Of a DNA stretch of 46,908 nucleotides, positions 23,455-36,961 are shown in pieces. Every line of letters starts with the position of its first letter. Positions within the stretch are counted from its first letter, which is position 1. The notes under the pieces were generated by a model. The model saw only the letters and a list, made by a program, of their open reading frames with translations, did no database searches and was not told the DNA's origin. The DNA is from Octopus bimaculoides (lineage: Eukaryota). The stretch covers positions 64,350,210 to 64,397,117 of the forward strand of contig NC_068984.1 of NCBI RefSeq assembly GCF_001194135.2. Reading direction: 5' to 3'. The translations under genes were made by a program, and so were the position numbers.

Positions 23455-24432
23455 GATATATATATATTAGCTATATTATATACATATACATATATACATG
23501 TGTGTATATATGTATATGTCTTATATATGGATGGGTGTGCGTGTATATGTGTGTTAGTGTGCGTGTGTGTATGTGTGTGTGTGTGTGTGTCATAAAGTAA
23601 AAATGAACATATAAGAATATGCAAAATACTTTATGATCACTGCCGAGAGTATTTCAAAGAGAGCGTAGCAACGAAAGAAATAAAAATAGCCTAGAGTTAT
23701 TGGTGAAATTTATGGATGACTTTATCAAAAATAAAAATAATTCCACAAACTTGCAAGTAACATTCAACTGCATGAAGCCCAACAAAATGATTGCTGAGAA
23801 TATAAATTACTACATTTCACAAAAGATCAAAAGTGAATAGACTTTGTTGTACATACATACGTACACAGATAGATGTGTGTATGTGTGCGTTCGAGTGTGT
23901 GTGTACTCGTGTGGGTGTGTGTGTTTCTGTGTGTGTATGTGTACGTGCTATATTTACATGTCGGTATTTGGTACATAAGAGTGAGAGAGGTATAGCAAAA
24001 AAATACTGAGACATAAAGATGTACGTGATATCTATGTACATATATTTAAGAATATAAATATCTGTACACGTTATATATATATACTACGTACAGTTGCTTA
24101 TGGATGCACGCAAAGACACACACACATACACACACACACACACACATAAACACGCACATGTACACACACAGACACAGAGACCTAAATATAAAGAATTATG
24201 CATGAATATATTAATACGAATGTGGTACGCAGCAACATTACAAGTAAAAAAATACACGCGCGCGCGCACGCACACACACACATACACACACACATATATA
24301 TATGCATACATTTATACATACACTCATACGTATATAACACGAAGGTGAGTTAAATAACAATGTATTAATATACGCTCAGGAAATACGAAGAAAGTGAAGG
24401 ATTTTGCGTGTGTGTGTGTGTATGCGTGTGTT

Positions 24433-24500
<68 letters not shown>

Positions 24501-24901
24501 TGTGTGTGTGTAATATATCATAATATCATATACAACATATTTCCGAATACATATATCTGTGGATATCTGATGGTACATAAACCACGTTTCGCTGGTTTCC
24601 TCTGCGTTTTCTTTTTGTACCTTCTGTTGACTATTTGAAATTTGAAACATTTATAGGAGTTTATCAAATCTTTAAATTATTCTGTTTTATAGTACATCGA
24701 TTACCTTTCGAAAAAATAAATCGGTGGTTAAGCTTTTGCCATTGATTCTGTAAGAAAAAGGAACAGTTTTTTTAATATATTGGGGTTTTCTTTTTCAATC
24801 CTTTGGCGTTCAGGCAAGATGTTCATGCGCACGTAAGCACATTATGTATGTATGTATGTATGTATGTATGTATGTATGTATGTACATGTATATATGTATG
24901 A

Positions 24902-25174
24902 GTGGAGGCTAAATGGCACAGTGGTTATGGCAGCGGACTCGCGGTCATAGGATCGCGGTTTCGATTCCCAGACCAGGCGTTGTGAGTGTTTATTGAGCGG
25001 AAACACCTAAAAGCTCCACGAGGCTCCGGCAAGGGATGGTGGCGAACCCTGCTGTACTCTTCCACCACAACTTTCTCTCACCCTTACTTCCTGTTTCTGT
25101 TGTGCCTGTAATTCAAAGGGTCAGCCTTGTCACACTGTGTCACGCTGAATATCCCTGAGAACTACGTTAAGGGT
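24902..25174 (+). mobile_element. SINE family A, tail variant 2, 3' truncated
   Basis: Near-identical to 19908-20180; stops at gttaagggta. Confidence 0.9.
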
Positions 25175-25351
25175 AAAAGAGAGAGAATGCGAGACAGAAG
25201 TGAAAACAGGAGTAATATGGCGCACCTTGTAACTAATAATGCTAAGTATGACGCGCTGATTTTACTCATTTGCATTTAAGTGCATCATTAAACTTATATG
25301 CATTAATTAAAAAAACGGCGGGAACTTAGTTACCAACCTATTATATATATA

Positions 25352-25764
25352 TACTCTTTTACTCTTTTATTCTTTGACTTGTTTCAGTCATTTGACTGCG
25401 GCCATGCTGGAGCACCGCCTTTAGTCGAATCAAATCGACCCCAGGACTTATTCTTTGTAAACCTAGTACTTATTCTATCGGTCTCTTTTTGCCGAACCGC
25501 TACGTTACGGGGACGTAAACACACCAGCATCGGTTGTCAAACGATGGTGGGAGGACAAACAGACACACAAACCCACATACACATATATATACATATATAC
25601 GACGGGCTTCTTTCAGTTTCCGTCTACCAATCCACTCACAAGGCTTTGGTCGGCCCGAGGCTATAGTAGAAGACACTTGCCCAAGGTGCCACGCAGTGGG
25701 ACTGAACCCGGAACCATGTGGCTGGTAGGCAAGCTACTTACCACACAGCCACTCCTGCGCCTAT
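25352..25764 (-). mobile_element. SINE family C, full length (tRNA head, CORE-like box, internal microsatellite, 3' module)
   Basis: Minus head ataggcgcaggagtggctgtgtggtaag...gggttcagtcccactgcgtggcaccttgggcaagtgtctt (resembles MIR/CORE accttgggcaag); tail aagtcaaagaataaaagagtaaaagagta; (TA)n on both sides. Confidence 0.92.
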
Positions 25765-26156
25765 ATATATATTTGAATAATATTTACTTTATACAAGAGA
25801 AATTGCCTAACGCATCTTTAAGGGTATCTTCATGTTCTGAAACTTATAATCAATGTACTATTCTTGCCAGTAACAACAGTAACAAAAATAACAATATGGT
25901 CCTTCTCATAACCTCAAAGACTGGTGAAGGAAAATAATTTTCGACCGGAGCTTTGTTCCTAATACTAGCGACATCGCTAAATACACCAAAGCGCCTATTA
26001 GTTGCATAATATGAGCAATGGATTGATTCTGCCCTCGAATAACACGAGTACTCCTACCATTTTGGTTTTACCCAGTTCCCGAAAAACGAAATCACCATCA
26101 AAGTATGAGATAATGGCAGGGGATGCGTAGATTCTGGAATTGATCTGATGTGTGTG

Positions 26157-26188
<32 letters not shown>

Positions 26189-27350
26189 CGTGTGCGTGCG
26201 CGCGCGTATGTGTACGCACATGCGTATGCAAACTTAAATTTAATTCCAGCTTCTTTCTATATTTTCCTCTGTAGATACACGAGAGCGCGAACTTCACGCC
26301 TTGCCTAAATGGATCTTGCTTTAATGTTATGCTTGCTTTAATGTATCTAGCATGAAAGCAATTTGCATAAAACCCGAATTTAGAGTTACTTTTTTGATGT
26401 TGCTCTGGAAACTTACGCGTTTGCTAAATGCAAATTAGAAATTGAAATGAAAAATACAGACAGAAAAATCTTTTTTTAAAATTTGAAATGAAGGAAAAAG
26501 AAAATATAAATTTTTCCATATTTTCTATATACAAGCCATCTCCACCGACCCTAAGAACCGTAATTTTCTGCAATGAGTGTTTAAGCTATCATGAATACTC
26601 ATGTGTGGTATCTTCGGAAGCAACATGCCTATCGAAGTACAAGATAGCCAAAAGTGGATATGCTTCATAGGAAGACAGGTACCAATCGCAATACTGAGTT
26701 AGAGTTACATACTATGGGACAGTACTGTATCGTCCCAACGCGAGGTCAACTTGGAAGTAAAGTACACACTGCGACAAAGCCAAATCAGAGCGTTTAGTTC
26801 ATTTTTTTTTTAAATTATCATAACTGCAAGATAACTTCTAGATAGCTGTTCGTTATTTGAATTTTTTTACTTTCCAATACAGTATATATATTGTCTGTAG
26901 ATGTGCATATGCATGTTTGTGTATGTGTACGTGCATGTGTGTGTATGTGTGTGCGTGCGTGCGTGTGTGTGTATGTGTATATACATACATGGCTAAGGAT
27001 GACAATGTTGCAACACCTAGAAAGTTCGTTTCTAAGGTGCAGAACCAACTCAGATCTTTGGAGCAAGAGTAGCAGAGTGTCTCCCCTGCTTACAGAACCG
27101 AAGTGCTTCAAAGGAAAGCTAAACGTACAAATGTTGTCGTACCAAACTCAGAACGCAAGGAGCCACAAGGCATTTTGTCTAATGCTCAGATGTTCCGTCA
27201 ATTCATCACTTTTGACTGGTGCTCTATTTTATCAACCTCTGATTTCTAGAGAGCATGTAAGAGCCGTGGCTTACACTGCAAAACAAGTGTTTCATTCAAT
27301 CTACTACTATAACGGTGTTTAACATTAGCATAAAAGCACAGGTTTCTGAG

Positions 27351-27555
27351 TGGGGAAGGGCTGAAAAAGTTCCTGGCTTTAGGGGTATCGTGAAAGATCT
27401 GGTTGAAGTTCCAAACTTCCAAGTTCTTTTACAGGGTTCAGAACAACTAAGTATGTGAACCTGAGGGGGGGAGGAATGTATTTAAAAATCGCAATAACCT
27501 GATCCTTGTGTATTTTCCATTACCCAAAACCAGGAATTTTTCAATAGTAATAGTA
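27351..27555. mobile_element. mariner-derived MITE, decayed
   Basis: Inverted tgaaaaagttcctgg (27362-27376) / ccaggaatttttca (27530-27543). Confidence 0.6.
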
Positions 27556-27753
27556 CCTCATAGGAGTGGATACCAATTGATTGATTCGATCATATTTACG
27601 TATTTTCATAGGAACCAGAATTACAAAAGCAAATTCGACTTTGACTGAGATTTGAAATGATATCTTAAAGCAAACACGAACAACTTTTCCGAGAAGTAAA
27701 CTTCATGAGACATCACTCATCATCAGGCGATCCACAGTACTAAAAGCATTCAA

Positions 27754-27967
27754 AGGCAGCGAGCTGGCAGAACGTAAACACGCCGGGCGAAATGCTTAGC
27801 GGTATTTCGTCTGTCTTTACGTTCGGAGTTCAAATTCTGCCGAGATCGATTTTGCCTTTCATCCTTTCGGGGTCGATAAATTAAGTACCAGTTGCGTACT
27901 GGGGTCGATCTAATCGACTGGCCCCGCTCCCAAAATTTCGTACCTTGTGCCTAGAGTAGAAAAGAAT
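27754..27967 (+). mobile_element. SINE family B, full length with TSD
   Basis: Head aggcagcgagctggcagaacg, B-box-like ggagttcaaattc, core tcatcctttcggggtcgataaattaagtacc; TSD aaaagcattcaa (27742-27753) / aaaaacattcaa (27971-27982). Confidence 0.92.
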
Positions 27968-29170
27968 ACCAAAAACATTCAAGGCCATCTTTCGTCAGTG
28001 TACCATTCAGAAATTTCCGCAGGCCACAATTTATCTTTTAAATCTTAAAGGAACACACTCAAATACAGCAAAGCCATTTTGCATTGCATTCTGCTAGCCC
28101 GAGCACTAGACAAATACTATAACTACCGTTTTTAACTATTTCAAATATGAGCTTTTTTATATCTCTTCAAGATGAATTAGAAATATAACTATTCCTTTTT
28201 GGGGAAGTCATTTATATGTTTCTGAGATGCATGTTTATGTGAGGTTCCGCGTATATTTACCTTACCGAGTTAAGGAGAAATTTCGAAATTATTCCAAAGT
28301 ATAATTATGATATGAGAACGTTATATTGTTAAAATCCCAGATATACTTCCATCACAAAACTTTAAATTTAATCAACACTTGGCAGTAATATATTCATCTA
28401 AACTCCTGCAAGCAATTCTACAAACAGATCCGTTGTTTACCGACTCAACCAACGTTAGTAAGAAAAAAATATACATATAAATATTACAATGTTTATGAAA
28501 TAAGAAGCATTTAAAAGTATCTCTTCCGATATCGTCAGCTTCAAAGCTAAGTAGAAAATGAAATTAATAGCAACGTGTGAAAATAATTTCTATTCCTCGT
28601 GCAGTATTGATTCTTTGTATAAAAAGACATCCAACGAATATTAAGTATTCATGTGACGGTTGAGTTATTTCAATATCGATACACGTTCAGAATATATTAC
28701 CTTCTCCCAACGAATGATGGTTGTGTACTGACACGACACATAGAACAGAGTGGAAATTATTGACACAATAGACGAAAACATAGTAAGTATAGTCTTCAAT
28801 TGGGTTTCGATGTTGCTTCATATATTATATTAGTTTTGGTCATAAGGTATTAGCTGACCTTTGAATAATCTATGCGTGACGTGCTAGCATTGCAAATAAC
28901 GTTACATCTATTTTTTATTTATTTTTGGGTGTGTTTTTTTTTTCTTATAGTAAATTTAAAAGCTTTTATTAGCAAGATCAGTCATAATTGACATAAAGCA
29001 GTTAAGCCGTACTTGTCTATTCTTAATATTGTAATTTATATATGTGTGTGTGTATGTGTGTATGCAGTTTTCATGTTTACTGGAAACGTTGTTCAAGAAA
29101 GAGTGTAAATAATTCAGATTTCTGGGAGTGTTTTGTTGTTTTGTGTTTTTCTTATTTTTAGAAGTTGCAA

Positions 29171-29222
<52 letters not shown>

Positions 29223-29449
29223 CAATTAAATATATAGGAGGAATGAAGTAGAAAATGAATTTAGATAAAGCTTGGTGAAATTGTAAACAGTTCATTTTTA
29301 AATATATAATTGCTTATATGGGTTATCAGCCCATTAAAAAGAATTAATTCGAACAACTATACGTACATATGTATCAACATTTGCGCGTTTATATTACGAA
29401 AAACCGAATCTATGTAATTATCGAATAACAAGACGACCTTATATTAATG

Positions 29450-32400
29450 TTGGTAAGTTGGAAGTTGAAAGTGAGACTAAAGTTTCGGGTTGATTCAACA
29501 TATATTCCTTTTACATTTTCTTTTTCTTATCTTACCAATGTGATCTCATTTTACTCATGCTATTAACAACTTAATAGCTTACCAATTCTAGTGACTTTTG
29601 CCCTTGTTGTGTTCATCCAGCTTCAAGGCAGCCTTGAACGAGTACACAGGTCATCGACTGAATGATGACCACTGCGCCCATATAAAACACTGGCGTGTTT
29701 TATGTGTGTAAAATGACACTGAATTCTCTCCACTATCCAACCTATTACTGCGTGCCTATAGATTGTAGTTATGGTTTCTGCGTCATATATGGTTAGTATG
29801 ATAGTATCATCTATTTGACGTTCTCTGATATGACTAATAACAAGAGAGACAGCAGATTTAGAAGATACTGCTGCTGTAAAGCCAGGTTTCTATGTTATTT
29901 ATATAGGGTTAGTGTAGTTATACATCAGTGTTTGGAGTATGGTGAAGATGTGACTGTACTGTCATCTGAGTATGAATTTATCTGTTTTTTGTAGAGGTGT
30001 ATCAGTTTCATGGAGAATAGATCACTATGGTAGTTCATTCGGAAATTACTATTCTGGAGGTGTTATTTTTACACACTATATAGACTTGGAATCCAAACAA
30101 GTAATTTTCTATCCATTGCTTAGTATTGTTTCGTAAAGTGACGTTGAATATCTTTTGTATTGTTTGGAAAGTGAGGAATTCTAAGAACCTTTCTATTAGA
30201 GGATAGGGAGAGGGAGAAATGCTGAGACTTGACAGAATGGGAAATGTGAGATTTTTCTTTTTTTTTTTACTTAAGATGAACATATTGTGTTAGGCTTCTG
30301 AGTAGTGTTGTTTTTGAGCGTAGTTGTCTAAAATCGTGCTATGATCTGGAAAATGAATGTGTTGGTTGGTGATATCTTTCTAGAGATTGTAAGAATGGCA
30401 ATAGATCTGTTTGATGTTACTACGTTCGCTTAGGTTTCTTTTAGGCTTTAGAATTGTTATAACTTTGCCTTGACTCGAAAAATTGTTAGATGCTAATGCA
30501 TGTAGAAATTCTGTTGGCTTCCACGGTTCTAGACGTATGTTTGGGAGTTTCTCTGTCACTAAATGGAATGTAGTCCGTATTGATTTGGTGGTGGGTTGTG
30601 TTGTTCATTTTTGTACAACATTCTGTTTGGTGTGACTTTTGGTGGATGATTTTTTTTAGAAATGTATATGACACAATTAAAGTGGTGCTATGTGAGTATA
30701 GTATTTGAGGTTGTTACGACATAAGATGTGCTGCATTAGAAGTTATCTTAGATGATATTCCAGTTAGTCAGCTAATTTTGCGATTTCTGTTGGATGCAAA
30801 CGTTTTCCACTTTTCTGTTGTTCTAAGCTTTATTTGTTTTATATTTCATTGTCAAGTTGCTTGATATTGAGTTTTATTTCGGTTTGGTGTGGTTTTTGGT
30901 GTGCTGTGTGTAACGTTGTTTCTGGAAATTTTATAGTCTGGATATTTCTCGTGTATAATTTGGAGATGTATATTTTATATTACTTTCTAAGATCTTTTAA
31001 ATACGCCAATTAACTTTTTATTAAATGTACGTACTATAGTCTCTATGTGCAGTTGTTTTGTTGGATTCTAAAAACCTCGACACTGTTCCATTGTTTTGAA
31101 AATCTGGACTCGTTCCATTGTTTTGATGTAATTAACGAAAGTCCTTTTGATTTTTCATTTACGTGCGAGTGTACTATGACGATAACTGGAATACTGTCCG
31201 AGGAGAGGTGGGTATTGTTTACCAGATCGCTACGGTGATGTCTAGGGAAGAGTTATTGTTGTTAGTTTGATGGGATGTGTATATATTTTGGTATAGATTG
31301 TTTAGGATTTTAAGTGATTTCAGTTGTGATGCTATCGTGTTACTTCTTTCCTTATTTGTACCACTTTAAAACTATAGTTTGTTTGGTGCACAGAAGTGCA
31401 CCAAACATTTTAGGACATAAGAGAGTTGACGCCGGGGTGTGTAGCCTGGGTTGTATTTGGCGAGTTTTTTGCTGGTGTACATAAACACACACATCACTAT
31501 ATACATGTATATGTGTGCGTGCGTATATCTGTATGTATGTGTGTGTGTGTGTATATATATACATATATATATATATATATANNNNNNNNNNNNNNNNNNN
31601 NNNNNNNNNNNNNNNNNNNNNNNNNNNNNNNNNNNNNNNNNNNNNNNNNNNNNNNNNNNNNNNNNNNNNNNNNNNNNNNNNNNNNNNNNNNNNNNNNNNN
31701 NNNNNNNNNNNNNNNNNNNNNNNNNNNNNNNNNNNNNNNNNNNNNNNNNNNNNNNNNNNNNNNNNNNNNNNNNNNNNNNNNNNNNNNNNNNNNNNNNNNN
31801 NNNNNNNNNNNNNNNNNNNNNNNNNNNNNNNNNNNNNNNNNNNNNNNNNNNNNNNNNNNNNNNNNNNNNNNNNNNNNNNNNNNNNNNNNNNNNNNNNNNN
31901 NNNNNNNNNNNNNNNNNNNNNNNNNNNNNNNNNNNNNNNNNNNNNNNNNNNNNNNNNNNNNNNNNNNNNNNNNNNNNNNNNNNNNNNNNNNNNNNNNNNN
32001 NNNNNNNNNNNNNNNNNNNNNNNNNNNNNNNNNNNNNNNNNNNNNNNNNNNNNNNNNNNNNNNNNNNNNNNNNNNNNNNNNNNNNNNNNNNNNNNNNNNN
32101 NNNNNNNNNNNNNNNNNNNNNNNNNNNNNNNNNNNNNNNNNNNNNNNNNNNNNNNNNNNNNNNNNNNNNNNNNNNNNNNNNNNNNNNNNNNNNNNNNNNN
32201 NNNNNNNNNNNNNNNNNNNNNNNNNNNNNNNNNNNNNNNNNNNNNNNNNNNNNNNNNNNNNNNNNNNNNNNNNNNNNNNNNNNNNNNNNNNNNNNNNNNN
32301 NNNNNNNNNNNNNNNNNNNNNNNNNNNNNNNNNNNNNNNNNNNNNNNNNNNNNNNNNNNNNTATATATATATGATCAGATTCTTCTTCTTTCTGAAAGGG

Positions 32401-32600
32401 CCTGTCTTGTCTGATTTGATTTTAATTTGCACTGCTGACGGTTGTTTTCTCACAGAAAAAAATGTTTCTTATGTTATTGCTACATAAATGTTATCTGTGA
32501 TTATTTCTTTACTTCCATAAAGGTGTTTTGGATGCTAAGGATTTGACCAAGATTTCGTCGCTGTTAAATTTGCTGAAATATCAGCAAATTCAAATGACCA
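29450..32600 (-). mobile_element. Decayed APE-RT LINE (Jockey/I/CR1-type), interrupted by a microsatellite and gap
   Basis: Collinear minus motifs: NIYVAIT*ETF (APE start, ~32480), LKILNN..SSLDITVA (~31230), IPFSDRE, NRSIAILTISRKI (~YRPISLL, ~30390), HDFRQLRSKT (~Q.GFR..RST), YSDD at 29961-29972. Confidence 0.72.
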
Positions 32601-33051
32601 GCTAGAGTCTGGCTCCCTTCTTATTGGCTCGTATGCTTGTTTTAATATTTTTGTGGTGGCGGTGGTTGCGGGATGTGGTGGGTGCTGGTGGTAGTATTTA
32701 TGATACTATGGTGATAGGAGTGAGTTTGCTACATTACTACGCATTTATATTTAATACATTCAGCAAAGCAATGAAATTTTCAAACAAATCTAGCTTTTAT
32801 AAAAATATAGTATTGAAACCAGCCATATCAGGCCCAAACATTGTTCCTGTTCTATGTTCAAACGTGACAGATCAGGCCTCTCACACTAACCCTACAATGT
32901 CATTCTAAAAATAAACAATCAAAGTTATTGAAACCACAAAGTTACAAGATAATGTATGACAAATTCGAAACAATGTGAATGAAAAAGCATTACATTTGCT
33001 AAAGAATTAAGGATAAGTTATAAAGTTACTTTCCGTAATTATCATGCACGT

Positions 33052-33470
33052 ATACTCTTTACTCTCTTTTACTTGTTTCAGTCATTTGACTGCGGCCATG
33101 CTGGAGCACCGCATTTTAGACGACCAAATCGACCCCAGGACTTATTCTTTAGAAGCCTAGTACTTACTCTATCGGGCTCTTTTGCCGAACCGCTAAGTTA
33201 CGGGGACATAAACACACCAGCATCGGTTGTCAAGCGATGTTGGTGGGACAAACACAGACACACAAACACATACACACATACATATATTTATATACATATA
33301 TATACGACGAGCTTCTTTCAGTTTCCGTCAATCAAATCCACTCACAAGGCTTTGGTCAGCCCGAGGCTATAGTAGAAGACACTTGCCCAAGATGCCACGC
33401 AGTGGGACTGAACCCGGGACCGTGTGGTTGGTAAGCAAGCTACTTACCACACAGCCACTCCTACGTCTAT
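33052..33470 (-). mobile_element. SINE family C, full length
   Basis: Collinear with 25352-25764. Confidence 0.92.
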
Positions 33471-34016
33471 ATCAATTTCTGTTAATGAACTGAATGAGCA
33501 ATTCCGTTTCTTTAGAAAAAAAAATAACTTTTGTAATCTATTTAATTTCTTTTTCGACGGTCGAGTATTCAGATAAATTTTTATTCAATGAATTTCAATT
33601 CATTGTATTCGATATGCGAACTTTGTTGCGCAAAACACAATGCAATTAATAATGCTTGAGTCTTTTCCTCCTATGAGTTACAGCAGGCTAAACATGGATA
33701 GCATTTTAAAGTAGTATGTTACTTAGACCTAGTGCAAAAACTATAATAAACCGATAAACGTGTTATTGATATTCAACGTTTTCTAGTTAAAGTAAAGAAG
33801 CCTATATACTATTAAAACTCATACATCAGTGTTTATTTTCAATTAACACAGATATTGGCCAATAGATCGGTGATATATTGTGTATTGATAAAACAAAAAG
33901 AAATTGGTTTATCTATTTGTTTATATTCTTACAAATTTCTTTTCGTAACTTAATAAAAGATTACTACTACAACCACCACCACTACTACTACTACTACACA
34001 CACACATACACACACA

Positions 34017-34058
<42 letters not shown>

Positions 34059-34236
34059 TATATCTATTATACAATTAAGACGACGTTAGAATATATTTAA
34101 TACGTCTATGTTATTAGTTAGAATTGTTTCGCTGCCATTCCGTTTCTTTGCACCGAAATGATTTCCTGTTGCTTTTGTAGGGAGGAAACAAAATGTATAA
34201 AATAAGTGCAAAAATAGCAAAAACAAAAGTGAAATA

Positions 34237-34328
34237 GAAGAAGAAGAAGAAGAAGAAGAAGAAGAAGAAGAAGAAGAAGAAGAAGAAGAAGAAGAAGAAG
34301 AAGAAGAAGAAGAAGAAGAAGAAGAAGA
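34237..34328. repeat. (GAA)n microsatellite
   Basis: About 30 perfect units; source of the poly-S and poly-F ORFs. Confidence 0.97.
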
Positions 34329-34584
34329 CATACAATAATAATACTAAAGGAGTGATCTAAGTATTACAAATAGTATATATAAAGTGTGTTGGTCGATCAC
34401 GTCTTCACATTTCCCCAATGTCCTAGTGCAAGGATGCAGAGACCCAGAAGTTCAGGACCTACACTCTGTATGGGCGTGTGTGCTACAGAACCTCCCAAAG
34501 CTAGACCCCAATATCTAAACATTATCTTAGTACAATAAGATTATCCATGAAGAAAAACAACCAACAGTAATGCAAGTAATGTGT

Positions 34585-34816
34585 GCGTGTTTGTGTGTGG
34601 GTGTTTGTGTGTCTGTGTTTGTCCCCCTAGCATTGCTTGACAACTAATGTTGGTGTGTTTATGTCCCCGTAACTTAGCGGTTCGGCAAAAGAGAACGATA
34701 GAATAAGTACTAGGCTTACAAAGAATAAGTCCCGGGGTCGATTTGCTCGACTAAAGGCGGTGCTCCAGCATGGCCGCAGTCAAATGACTGAAACAAGTAA
34801 AAGAGTAAAAAGAGTA
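34585..34816 (+). mobile_element. SINE family C, 3' module, inverted relative to the 33052 copy
   Basis: gcttgacaac...ggcggtgctccagcatggccgcagtcaaatgactgaaacaagtaaaagagta. Confidence 0.92.
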
Positions 34817-34968
34817 ACACTATGAATCCACAAATACTCTCCACCTAACTAGAATGAATGACAGCTCTGAATAACAAGACATAACAATTCACAAACAAGC
34901 ATAACAATTGCGCATTCTCAGCGTCAGCTGCCAAATGGATATCACTATTGTTTCGTTTCGATATATAT

Positions 34969-35030
<62 letters not shown>

Positions 35031-35469
35031 CTCTATGATGTTGCAATGTCACCAAGCCTTTAATACGGACAGAATTCATATAATTAATCTCTCTCAGTTG
35101 CATTCCTTCAAAAGAAGTTTAACAGTGTATGCTGCCACTACAATATTTTCCTGTAAAGTTAAAAGTGGACGGGTAACAGGCTACAGCGATTTCTTTTAAT
35201 AGCGTTCAAACACCAATTTTAATGAGCCACTTACGCTTTTGAAAATTTATTTATTTTGAAAATTTATTTATCATTTCAAATCAAATTGATGAGGGTTTAA
35301 TTTATTCTCACATAAAATATTTCTTTCTCAATGAAAATTTTGATATAAGTTTTCATCCAATAGTTAACAAATCACCAAATCAACTTTGCTGTGAAAAAAA
35401 TCAATCAATCAATATATTAACCATACAATCAATATTTTACTTATTTCTCTAAAATGTGATGAATTAGAG

Positions 35470-36400
35470 TCAATTGACTGACATTTCGTAATCATAGGTT
35501 TATCTCAAATTACTGTTTAGCTTTATTGGTTATTGTAAATATCAAAAGAGTAACAAACAGAATATTTATGCTTTGCCGGAATTATAAACAAGTGATGCAG
35601 CCATCCCTCAGAAGATTTTGATGAAGCGGGTTATTTTTGTTGTGTTTTTAAAGTCTAGTTAATCTGATATAATAACAAGTGTTGTTGGAATTTTGTTATG
35701 AAGGACAATTTTTGTTGCTGCGTAGAGACTGAGTTATATTATTTCTAAATTTATATAGAGGAAAAATTGTAAAGTTTAGCTGTGTTTTGCCTGGATATAT
35801 GTCTATACCTTCCCTGGACCTTATTTGTTTGTACTCCCGCATTTCAATTTGCAATCTAGGCAGAGTTGTGTGTTGTAAAATGTTTCCCGTTTGTCCAATG
35901 TAATTTTCCCCACATCCTGACCATGTTATCGCATAAATTAAGATTCCAGACGCACTGGTGAAGCTATATTTTTATTGTGGAAAGTTGTCTTGGCATGAAG
36001 CGGATCGTTTACACTCCGCCTTTTCCCGGATGCAGTGGTATATAGCACAAAATATTCAGTGTAGGATTAGATATATTTTTAAAAACAGAAATGGGGTTTA
36101 AGGAAATATTTGGTTACTCTTTCTACCAAGTAGAGCTATAAAACACAGAGGTTTCCCGGTTAGCAGGTTTTTAGATAGCTAATGTTGATAGTGAAAAGTG
36201 TCAGTAGTAGGTTTGAATTTCTTGCCTGGACATAACACATGATATCATATTCTTTCTTATGGCAGTATTCCACTCGGGCGTGCATACAAGCCTAATGATT
36301 GTAGAAAAAGAATAAATGACACCATCACAGCTTCAAGGATTAAATTCCAGAATAAACTTGCTATCAGTGAAAACTAACTGAAAGAAAAAGTTGAGTCGAT
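35470..36400 (-). mobile_element. Decayed Penelope-like element, GIY-YIG endonuclease region
   Basis: Minus strand FTSASGILIYAITWSGCGENYIGQTGNIL (LIY 35941-35933; YIGQTG 35902-35885), the PLE NLIY.I.C..C...YIGQT signature; boundaries approximate. Confidence 0.8.
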
Positions 36401-36961
36401 AAGATGACGTGAAATTAACGTTCGGTATTCCATTACCAGAGTTACGCAGTTTTTCTTTAAAATGACGGATGCTTAATCGTCGAGACTAAATAGATATAAA
36501 AAAGAAAGAATGAGCATGTACAAAGTTTGAAAAAGATCTCACCCATATTTGAACTGTAGGCAACCTTTCAGACTGCTAATAATCATTTTAGTATTCAGTA
36601 CTAAATACATACTTGTATTTGTGTGCGATTATTTGAAGACAAGAGAATAAATTACACAAAATACAGCAATTTTTAACTTTTTGATTTTCTGCCAAAATAT
36701 CAAGCCATTGCCTTAAAAAAACACTTCACAATTGTACAAACCCATTAAGACCTCTGCTGTTATCTCAAAGAATTACCATGGCTTACTGGTGAGAGACTCC
36801 GAAAATTCAAAAGGTATTAAATTTATACATACATAATTCATATATATACATATGCGCGTTGTGCGTAGAATAATCCATGACGAAAGTGTTTCAGCGGACT
36901 CACAGTTATGGATTACACTTTTCCATTTCAGACTTCTACCACCTACTTATTCATTCTAAAT

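Noticed and set aside
27695-27730. Minus-strand CUGAUGA-UGAG/CUCA-UGAAG motif; similar partial motifs at ~5145, ~13113, ~24585-24610, ~45505-45527
   Set aside because: Each lacks a correct GAAA, helix II or helix I/UH, so none can be called a ribozyme.
28783-28790. Strong splice donor gtaagtat
   Set aside because: No upstream acceptor or coding frame support.
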